The position numbers and the translations under genes are program-made. The notes under the pieces are model-generated. The model was not told the origin of the DNA and searched no databases. It saw only the letters and a program-made list of their open reading frames with translations. Shown here in pieces: positions 25,522-32,000 of a stretch of 32,000 nucleotides of DNA; the first letter of the stretch is position 1, and each line of letters begins with the position of its first letter. The stretch is taken from positions 4,050,001-4,082,000 of the forward strand of contig NC_011979.1 in assembly GCF_000022265.1 (NCBI RefSeq), given 5' to 3'. Source of the DNA: Geotalea daltonii FRC-32 (GTDB lineage: Bacteria > Desulfobacterota > Desulfuromonadia > Geobacterales > Geobacteraceae).

Positions 25522-28500
25522 TTAAAATGGATCTGGTGATCCGGCTGGTTTTTTACCCACTTTGTTCCCATTATTCTCATACCAGTGCCATTCTTTACCA
25601 AATTCATCCCATCCTTTTTTCTTCAACCAATCTTTAGCTTTACCTCCAAATTTCTCAACAAGCTCATCGACCTTTCTGATATTTCTTCCTTTAGCTATTA
25701 TCTCAGATGAGCTCAGTATGCTTTTGGTAAATTTTTCAGTCATACCAATAGGCAGAAGGTTTTCTAAGACTTGTTGAAGTGTTTCTCTGTCCTTGTCATC
25801 GCAAGGCTTATACTCTCTTGCCCGCTTTAACAGATCGCTATACGGAGAAAGACCCTCCGGATCAACCCAGTTAATCGGATTATTTTGGACATACGAATAT
25901 AGGTTTATCCCTCCGGCTATACCTATTGGATCTTTTTGGATGTAGCGCCCAACGCTCGGATTGTAATCCCTGAAATAGTTGTAATGGTTCCCTGTCTCTG
26001 TATCAAAGTACTGGCCCGGAAACCTAAGGTTCAGCATTCCCGCTCCAGTTATTGCCGCATTGTCGCCAAATGGTCTGGCCTCAATCGCCCATACCTTGGC
26101 ACCGCTTGCATCCGTCATCATCTGCGGTGTGCCCAAATGATCGGTGTGAATGTAGCTTGTGCCTGTTGCATCTATCTTCGCAACAGGCTCCCCGTTCAGA
26201 TAGACATATTCCGTCAATCCATCACTGGCGTTTTCAATAAGCAGGCTGCCTGCCCGATCATAAACGAAATGGGTTGTCGTTCCAACCGTTGTTTTCTTTA
26301 CTCTTTCGCCACTGGCATTATAGGCGTAATCCCCGGTCTGGATCGCAGCGGCTCTTATCAGTCGTTGGTTCTGATTATAAGTGTAGGTGGTGGCGTTGTC
26401 GGTAACGGTGTTGCCGTTGGCGTCGTAAGCGAAACTGGAGGTGGTAGCTCCTGTGATGCCGGTAAGCTTGTTGCTCCCCGGCTGGTAAACATAGCTGCTT
26501 GTGCCCACACTATCCACCTGCGTCAGCCGATTCCCCACGGGGTCATAGGTCCATAGCATGTTCCCCCATGTGCCTGTGGCGCTGCTCAGCCTGTTCAGAG
26601 CATCGTAACTGTAGCTCTTGTTTTTCGTATTGTCGAGGGTGTTGGTTATGCTGGTGATGTTGCTGTTTGCGTCAAAGCCATACGATAAGCTCTGGATAGT
26701 TCCTGTGGTAGTGCTGGCAATCCTGTACTGATTGTCGTAGTTAATGGTTCTTGGTAAGGCGTTACCATAGGTCAGGCTTGCCAGTCCTCCAAAAGGTTTA
26801 TAGGCGATGTTGCCGGCAAGGGTTGTAGTAACGCCGCCAATGGTGCTGGTCATACTTGTTACCCGGTCATTGGTGTAGTTGTAGGTTATCACCCTGCCGC
26901 TCGGGTAGGTAATGGTTCTGGTGTTGCCGTTCATGTCGTAGGTGTACTGGGTGATGTAAGGGATGCCGTCTATGGTCTGGTTCTCTTTGGCAATCTGAAC
27001 TTTTTTGGTGTACTCATAGCTGGTTGTTCCGCTTTGATCGGCAACGGCACAGAGCCTTCCCTTACCGTTGACGCAGTTATCGTAGGTATAGGTGATGTCG
27101 GTATCTGTCGGATAGTCTGTTTTTGTAAGCCTGTTGGCGGCATCGTAGGTATAGGCTATGGTAATTCCCTTTGCATCGGTCTTGGTCTTGAGATTGCCGG
27201 CAGGGTCATAGGTATAGGTGGTGGCGCCGGTATCGGGGGAGATGGTCTGGTAGACCCTGCCCTTGTCGTCGTATTTGTAGACGGTGCTGTTGGTGTTGCC
27301 GTCGGTTACGGTGGTCAGGTTGTTGTTTGAGTTGTAATTGAAGCCGGTGGTGATATTGCCCGGTTGAATGGTGGCGGTGAGCCGGCTTAAGGAGTCGTAC
27401 TGGCTGGTGGTGATGTTTTGTTTCGGGTCTTTGAAACTGGTCTGGTTGCCGAGGTTGTCGTAGGTGTACTGGCTGAAGGTGTTATCGGGGTAGATGGTTT
27501 TTGTCAGGCGACTGAGGGCATCGTACTGGTAGCTGATGGTTTTTTGCAGGATGCCGGTTGGGTCTTTGATCTCTTCCTTGAGCTGATTTCCTTCGCTGTC
27601 GTAGGTGTAGTTGATGCTGTTCCCCTGGGTGTCGGCAATTTTACTCAGGTTGCCCATACTGTCATAGAAGTAATCGATGCGGTTGCCCTGGGGGAAGATG
27701 ATATGGTCGATCTTGCTGATCGTTCCGCCGCAACTGGCACAGCCGACGGTGGTGTAGCCGTATTCGGTGACTGCGGTATCGCCGGGGGCTTTTATGGTGA
27801 GGACCCTGCCCACATTGTCGTAGGTGTAGGTTGTGGTATTGCCGTTGGGGTCGGTTATGGTGCCGGGATTGCCGAGGCCGTCGTAGTTGGCATAGGTGGT
27901 TGTGCCGATCAGCGGCTCGGTCATGGTGAGCCGATTGCTGGTGACGGGATCGTAGGTGAAGGTGGTGACGTCTTCAACATCAGTGCGGGGGCCGTCGATT
28001 CTCGTGACGTGACCGTGGATGTCGTATTCATAGGAGGTAGTATAGGTGTAAGAGGTTCCATCCCCTGAAAGACCGGTCTCGGTACTGCTGCTGACATTGC
28101 CGGTCCCGTCATAGGCATAGGTAAGCACCGAGTCTTGCAATGGGTTCACCGCACTTTTCATGGTTTTGGTGACCAGCCTTCCGAAGGTTGGATGGTAGGT
28201 GTAACTGGCGGTCTTTGCCACGGCACTGCCAGAGCCCCTGGTCTCGGTGAGGATATTCCCTTTGTCATCGTAGGTGAAATCATTGGCGGTTTTGAGAACC
28301 AGATTGGGAGTGGCTGGTGTACCGGTGTTCTCCCAATATTCTTCCCTGAGAATCCAGGTTTTGTCATTTCGGGTATACCTGGTTTCGTTGCCGAAGGTAT
28401 CGGTTACTTTGCTGGGCTGGCCTTGATCGTCGAACTCGACGGTGCGGGTCTGGGTGTTGAGAACTGCGCCGGCCGGGTCTTTGATTGTGGTGGTTATCTG

Positions 28501-28737
28501 GGTCTTTTTGCCGGGGGTGATGTAGTTGAAATCAATGGTACCGTTGCCATGGGACTGCTTGGTCACTCTCCCCGCGGCGCTGCCGGTATTGACAAAGGCT
28601 CCTCCTCCTTCATCAACGCTGGTCATAAGGTGCTTGTTGTTTGGATCGGTATAGGAATAGGCAGCGCGTAGCAAAGGGGTAGTTACGGCTGTCAGGTTTC
28701 CGAATGCATCGTGATCGTAGGTAACGGTTCGTCCCAA
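25522..28737 (-). CDS. Large 5'-truncated Rhs/YD-repeat protein with the RHS core end and a 108-aa C-terminal tip
   Basis: It has more than 40 YD-type repeats and the core end YIHTDHLGTP...DPIGIAGGINLYSYVQNNPINWVDPEGL, followed by a basic tail. The frame is open to about 28854, with no ATG and only a TTG at 28737. It begins about 20 nt after the CPBP stop, so the N-terminal delivery region is missing. Confidence 0.85.
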   Translation of the reverse strand: MGRTVTYDHDAFGNLTAVTTPLLRAAYSYTDPNNKHLMTSVDEGGGAFVNTGSAAGRVTKQSHGNGTIDFNYITPGKKTQITTTIKDPAGAVLNTQTRTVEFDDQGQPSKVTDTFGNETRYTRNDKTWILREEYWENTGTPATPNLVLKTANDFTYDDKGNILTETRGSGSAVAKTASYTYHPTFGRLVTKTMKSAVNPLQDSVLTYAYDGTGNVSSSTETGLSGDGTSYTYTTSYEYDIHGHVTRIDGPRTDVEDVTTFTYDPVTSNRLTMTEPLIGTTTYANYDGLGNPGTITDPNGNTTTYTYDNVGRVLTIKAPGDTAVTEYGYTTVGCASCGGTISKIDHIIFPQGNRIDYFYDSMGNLSKIADTQGNSINYTYDSEGNQLKEEIKDPTGILQKTISYQYDALSRLTKTIYPDNTFSQYTYDNLGNQTSFKDPKQNITTSQYDSLSRLTATIQPGNITTGFNYNSNNNLTTVTDGNTNSTVYKYDDKGRVYQTISPDTGATTYTYDPAGNLKTKTDAKGITIAYTYDAANRLTKTDYPTDTDITYTYDNCVNGKGRLCAVADQSGTTSYEYTKKVQIAKENQTIDGIPYITQYTYDMNGNTRTITYPSGRVITYNYTNDRVTSMTSTIGGVTTTLAGNIAYKPFGGLASLTYGNALPRTINYDNQYRIASTTTGTIQSLSYGFDANSNITSITNTLDNTKNKSYSYDALNRLSSATGTWGNMLWTYDPVGNRLTQVDSVGTSSYVYQPGSNKLTGITGATTSSFAYDANGNTVTDNATTYTYNQNQRLIRAAAIQTGDYAYNASGERVKKTTVGTTTHFVYDRAGSLLIENASDGLTEYVYLNGEPVAKIDATGTSYIHTDHLGTPQMMTDASGAKVWAIEARPFGDNAAITGAGMLNLRFPGQYFDTETGNHYNYFRDYNPSVGRYIQKDPIGIAGGINLYSYVQNNPINWVDPEGLSPYSDLLKRAREYKPCDDKDRETLQQVLENLLPIGMTEKFTKSILSSSEIIAKGRNIRKVDELVEKFGGKAKDWLKKKGWDEFGKEWHWYENNGNKVGKKPAGSPDPF

Positions 28738-28874
28738 ATTGTCGGCAATACCCTTAAGCCTGCCGGTGGTCGGATCGTAGGTGAAGGTGACGCGTGTGCC
28801 GGTGAGCGAACCGGTGGCGTCTTTTTCCTCGATGCTGTGCAGGCGGAAAGGGCCTTATCAATAGGTACCAGATG

Positions 28875-29525
28875 TTAAGACCATAGAAATGTCAATAAAA
28901 ACCACAGGCTATTATTATACATATGCAGTATTATGCTGCATTTAATGGAATTAGATATTTCAAAAAATACAGTATATATAATCCCTTGAATCAATATATC
29001 TAACATGTTAGCCGATTGATATATATGCATTCCGGCAAATAATAAAACGGATACCAATATTCCAGGGACAAGACCGTATTTAGTTTTAATTATGCCATAA
29101 TAATAGCACCTGAATAATATTTCTTCTAGTAAAGGAATGATAAAACAAGCAATCAGTAAGTAAGCAAACTTTGATACTGTGTTCATTTCATATAATTTTA
29201 GAAATACTTCGGAAACATTATTATTTTTCAACCAGAAATAATAAGGAATAAAGAGGATAGTAATTATGATATTCCCAACTACTAGATATTTCAAATGAGT
29301 TCGCTTGCTTATTGCGGCAGTCAATGTGGTTGGTGCTTTTAAATGTAGATATAAAATTGCTGCAATGTACATTAGAACAATCATCAAATTGTGGATAATT
29401 GAGGTATCAGAAATATTCGTTACAAATATGACATAAAATAAAAATACTATGAACATTATAAAGCTTGATACAAAAATATCAGAAACCGTAATAATATTAT
29501 ATGCTTGAAGTGTTACTTTGTTCAT
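28875..29525 (-). CDS. CPBP family (CAAX protease / Abi) intramembrane metalloprotease, second paralog, in the immunity-gene position
   Basis: A 216 aa ORF with the motifs EEILFR, FAGMH and HMYNN. It shares blocks with the 20817-21467 protein (IQGI.YT..FE.S.SIK.SI..H..NN..WFL.T.L). Its ATG lies 1 nt after the TAA of the upstream tip remnant. It is very AT-rich. Confidence 0.85.
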   Translation of the reverse strand: MNKVTLQAYNIITVSDIFVSSFIMFIVFLFYVIFVTNISDTSIIHNLMIVLMYIAAILYLHLKAPTTLTAAISKRTHLKYLVVGNIIITILFIPYYFWLKNNNVSEVFLKLYEMNTVSKFAYLLIACFIIPLLEEILFRCYYYGIIKTKYGLVPGILVSVLLFAGMHIYQSANMLDILIQGIIYTVFFEISNSIKCSIILHMYNNSLWFLLTFLWS

Positions 29526-29526
29526 A

Positions 29527-29749
29527 TTATTGGTTATCCACCTTAATTGTTATGGGAGGAGCTACTGGCTCACCTGTCAATGGGTTTACTGTCATTGTGC
29601 AAAAAAACTTTACTTTGTCTTTTAACTGCTCAAGAGTTTTTTTAGCTTGCTTGGCTGCTTCGTCTTTGACAGGCATGCCAGGACTTTTATTTCCGAGATC
29701 ATATAGTTTCGGGTCCTTGGGAGGGTCCTTGGGAGGGTCCTTGGGAGGG
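29527..29749 (-). pseudogene. Remnant of an Rhs C-terminal tip (Pro-rich linker plus about 60 aa), 5'-truncated by RAYT element 3
   Basis: Hand translation gives (NNV)PPKDPPKDPPKDPKLYDLGNKSPGMPVKDEAAKQAKKTLEQLKDKVKFFCTMTVNPLTGEPVAPPITIKVDNQ, then a stop. The 3 x 12-nt repeat GGGTCCTTGGGA (29711-29746) is the in-frame PPKD linker. There is no start codon. Confidence 0.6.
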
Positions 29750-30816
29750 ACGTTGTTAGCTAATCAACTAACTGCCTCCCCTTCAATTTTATATCCCCAG
29801 CTCCGGGTAACTCTTCAATAACTCCGCTCCCCGTCTGGCCGCTATAGACGCGCCTGCCGAGCCGATCCCTACGACCTTCCCGGCCTCTGTGCCCGTATAG
29901 CCATACTCACGTACTGCCAAGTAGCAGAAGATAGCTTTTGCCCGTGCTACGGCGCGCTCTTTGCCGGGACACTGCATTCGGTCTGCAACCACTCCGGTCA
30001 CGGCACAGACTCTGTCTAGCAATTCAACCAAGGCAAGACGTGGTTTATTCTTCTCCACCACGCTGGCCCCCTGGGTCAACTTTTCCACAAACCCGCCACT
30101 GCCAAGGATTCGCTCATCAAAGGCGGCTATTTCTTTGATCTCCATGCAATCGGGCTGGCTGCGCTTAAGTCCGCCCCCGACCAGATCCTGGCGATGTCCT
30201 GTGGTAATTCCATCGGCGACGAACTGCCAATAGCCACGAACTGCGCGTGCCCTGGTATTTCCAAAACGTGTCAGTACCTCGTCCGTCTCCTGACCTTCCA
30301 TGGCCCGCTTACCGAGTAATACTGCATGGCCACTCCACGGGTAGCTTCCCAGTTCATTCATATCGGAAACCATGCCCGCTCGTAGCGGGTTCAAATGGAT
30401 ATAGCGCACAAGTTCGAGAAAGTAAGGATCCTCCTCGCAGAGTATGGACTTGTAGCGGTTCTGGAACAGATGGCCGCAGCGCTGATATTTGCGATTAAAG
30501 TAAACGGCATAACCGGTCAGCAGACGGCGCATGGTTTCAGCAAGAGAAACTCTGGTCGGCATGAGAAGCAGATGTAAATGGTTTGACATGAGCGCCCAAG
30601 CATAACACTTGGTGGCGCTTTTCGTGAGCAGGGCAGAAAGGCTTGCCACAAAACGTTCCTTGTCAGCATCTTCAGCGAAAATGTCACGGCGTTCGATCCC
30701 GCGAACAATGACGTGATGGAGGACGTCGGGTATGTCAAGACGTGGTTGGCGTGGCATGAGCGCAAGCTAACATAAGTATTGCTCAGTGACAATAGTTAAT
30801 TAGCAAGCAACGTCCC
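29747..30816 (-). mobile_element. RAYT / IS200-like Y1 transposase element 3 with 24-bp imperfect terminal inverted repeats
   Basis: The left end, GGGACGTTGTTAGCTAATCAACTA (29747-29770), matches the right end, TAGTTAATTAGCAAGCAACGTCCC (30793-30816), at 21 of 24 positions in inverted orientation. Confidence 0.7.
29789..30757 (-). CDS. HUH Y1 (REP-associated tyrosine / IS200-like) transposase with a C-terminal DnaA_C-like HTH domain, intact
   Basis: A 322 aa ORF starting MPRQPRLDIPDVLHHVIVRG. The HUH motif is SNHLHLLL and the Tyr context is GHLFQNRYKS. The C-terminal RAVARAKAIFCYLAVREYGYTGTEAGKVVGIGSAGASIAARRG resembles the DnaA C-terminal HTH. Confidence 0.85.
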   Translation of the reverse strand: MPRQPRLDIPDVLHHVIVRGIERRDIFAEDADKERFVASLSALLTKSATKCYAWALMSNHLHLLLMPTRVSLAETMRRLLTGYAVYFNRKYQRCGHLFQNRYKSILCEEDPYFLELVRYIHLNPLRAGMVSDMNELGSYPWSGHAVLLGKRAMEGQETDEVLTRFGNTRARAVRGYWQFVADGITTGHRQDLVGGGLKRSQPDCMEIKEIAAFDERILGSGGFVEKLTQGASVVEKNKPRLALVELLDRVCAVTGVVADRMQCPGKERAVARAKAIFCYLAVREYGYTGTEAGKVVGIGSAGASIAARRGAELLKSYPELGI

Positions 30817-30844
30817 CCTAGCCGCCCCGTCCCCCTAGCCGCCC
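30811..30844. repeat. Perfect 2 x 17-nt tandem GTCCCC-box repeat at the right flank of RAYT 3
   Basis: CGTCCCCCTAGCCGCCC occurs twice. The first copy overlaps the outer end of the terminal inverted repeat. Confidence 0.8.
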
Positions 30845-30845
30845 G

Positions 30846-31028
30846 GGTGATGCGCTTCTTTTTGATGAAGAAGAGCGAAAGCCGCCGGTTGATTTCCTTT
30901 TGCAGTTTGACGCGCTGTTGGAGTTAAACGAGGAAGAGAAAAAAGTGGTGAGGGCGGTGCTTGACGGCCTGGTTCTGCGGCATCAGGCTAAAAAGTTCAT
31001 GGACAGGCAACATGCAGAAACGCCGTGA
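30846..31028 (+). pseudogene. 3' fragment of a small regulator gene (tail resembles those of XRE/HTH-family proteins), 5'-truncated at the REP
   Basis: It is open for 60 codons without a start: GDALLFDEEERKPPVDFLLQFDALLELNEEEKKVVRAVLDGLVLRHQAKKFMDRQHAETP. The family assignment is weak and from memory of similar C-terminal tails. Confidence 0.3.
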
Positions 31029-31066
31029 AACCCTGTAGTCTAAGGCTTCACGGCGTTTTGTTTGGT
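31018..31066. terminator. Hairpin terminator between the regulator fragment and the convergent immunity gene
   Basis: CGCCGTGAA (31021-31029) pairs with TTCACGGCG (31047-31055), followed by TTTTGTTT. The 3' half (GGCTTCACGGCGTTTT) recurs at 25047-25062, downstream of the other immunity gene. Confidence 0.6.
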
Positions 31067-31097
31067 CAGGTTGTCTCATGTCTGGGGCTGACCCTGC

Positions 31098-31436
31098 CTA
31101 TTTACCCCTAAATTCCAACACAACAGAATCGTTACTGGAATTTTTCAAGCGAATTCCTCTGTTATTTGCGACAGCTAGCCAGAATATAGCCATGAATGAT
31201 GAGAGAGGCATTAAGACGGCAAACCGGGACAACGTATAAAATGTACCCAACTTGTTACCTTGCTTTTTCCTTTCGCCTTCTTGCATGTGCATTAACAATT
31301 GCAATGATGAAAGGATGACCCTAGCTCGCCAACCGCATATTGAGACGTCAAAGTCCTTGTTTTCATTCAACAACCTTTTTGCCTTCGCACCAAAGCCACG
31401 TTCACTATACTCTAGCACTTCCGCCTGATTTCCCAT
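31098..31436 (-). CDS. Putative immunity protein with one hydrophobic segment
   Basis: A 112 aa ORF whose ATG lies 1 nt after the TAA of the Rhs gene (TAA-A-ATG). It has a hydrophobic stretch, FAVLMPLSSFMAIFWLAVA. I do not recognise a family. Confidence 0.55.
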   Translation of the reverse strand: MGNQAEVLEYSERGFGAKAKRLLNENKDFDVSICGWRARVILSSLQLLMHMQEGERKKQGNKLGTFYTLSRFAVLMPLSSFMAIFWLAVANNRGIRLKNSSNDSVVLEFRGK

Positions 31437-31437
31437 T

Positions 31438-32000
31438 TTAATTCCCCATCGTTACACAGCTAATCCATGCTGCCGTACACGCAGCAAGACAGACTCCCTT
31501 ACCCACAACACCTCCCGGACAGCGGGTGGTGCAAAAAGCCGTACACACTCTGAACATTGCACTACATCCGGTTCCAGGTGGCTTCGGTGGCTTTATCGGT
31601 GGTCTTGGCGGTGGTGGTATTGTTGGAATTGTGGGTGGTGGTTTTGGCAGTGGTCCTACAGCAGCTTCTCCAGTGGGATCGGTCCAATTCACAGGGTTGT
31701 TGTCGACGTAAGCATAGAGATTTATCCCCCCAGCGAACCCTATCGGATCTTTTTGAATATACCGCCCGATTGCCGGATTATAATCCCTAAAATAATTGTA
31801 GTTGTTCCCCGTCTCGCCGTCTGCATACTGGCCCGGAAATCTGAAATTGAGACTGGCCAAGCCAGTGATAGTTGCATTATCCCCAAATGGCCTTGCCTCT
31901 ACCTCCCACGCTTTAGCCCCGGTTCCGTCAGTCATGAAGGTAGGAGTGCCTAAATGATCGGTATGGATGTAGCTTATGCCGGTTGCGTCGATCTTGGCCA
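31438..32000 (-). CDS. 3' end of a large Rhs protein (the gene continues beyond the right edge) with a Pro-rich linker and a Cys-rich mini-tip
   Basis: The frame is open to the window edge (AKIDATGISYIHTDHLGTPTFMTDG...). The core end is DPIGFAGGINLYAYVDNNPVNWTDPTGE. The linker is PLPKPPPTIPTIPPPPRPPIKPPKPPG, followed by CSAMFRVCTAFCTTRCPGGVVGKGVCLAACTAAWISCVTMGN. Confidence 0.85.
   Translation of the reverse strand, partial: AKIDATGISYIHTDHLGTPTFMTDGTGAKAWEVEARPFGDNATITGLASLNFRFPGQYADGETGNNYNYFRDYNPAIGRYIQKDPIGFAGGINLYAYVDNNPVNWTDPTGEAAVGPLPKPPPTIPTIPPPPRPPIKPPKPPGTGCSAMFRVCTAFCTTRCPGGVVGKGVCLAACTAAWISCVTMGN

Noticed and set aside
29711-29746. The 3 x 12-nt repeat GGGTCCTTGGGA next to the RAYT 3 left end was first read as a REP array like those on the other flanks.
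   Set aside because: On the minus strand it is in frame with the downstream tip remnant and encodes a PPKD-PPKD-PPKD proline linker. This is analogous to the Pro-rich linker of the main Rhs tip, so it is coding sequence and not a REP.
29501-29821. A plus-strand 106-aa ORF spanning the CPBP start, the tip remnant and the RAYT left end.
   Set aside because: It crosses three unrelated sequence modules. It includes the SLGG repeats generated by the complement of the PPKD linker, and it has no RBS. The minus-strand interpretation explains the region.

Overview
The window has two parts. Nothing was searched against a database, so every call rests on hand translation, motifs and by-eye repeat comparison.

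(1) Positions 1 to about 18380 are ordinary chromosomal backbone with high coding density. They hold the leuB 5' end, an MBL-fold hydrolase, a stand-alone MshEN (T2SSE_N) domain protein, a zinc-ribbon protein, a GapN-like aldehyde dehydrogenase and an EF-G paralog. A hopanoid block follows: an hpnI-like glycosyltransferase, a YtqB/MnmM-type methyltransferase and hpnN on the minus strand, divergent from shc-hpnA-dxs-hpnH on the plus strand. From memory, this gene order looks like Geobacter/Desulfuromonadales (unverified).

(2) Positions about 18400 to 32000 are an accessory island read almost entirely on the minus strand. The 3' end of a large Rhs/YD-repeat gene enters from the right edge with its immunity gene. 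Behind it lies a degenerate array of 5'-truncated 'orphan' Rhs fragments. In total there are five different short C-terminal tips, each followed by a small AT-rich gene. Two of these downstream genes are paralogous CPBP/Abi-type intramembrane proteases sitting in the immunity position.

The array is cut up by three HUH Y1 (RAYT / IS200-like) transposase genes from two families. One is intact, one carries an in-frame stop, and one is truncated. Each family has its own terminal inverted repeats and short tandem repeat arrays. REP-like 'GTCCCC-box' doublets related to one RAYT end sit at four or five junctions between cassettes.

The best candidates for something new are the coupled pairs of a short Pro-rich Rhs tip with a CPBP protease, and the association of the RAYT/REP elements with cassette junctions.
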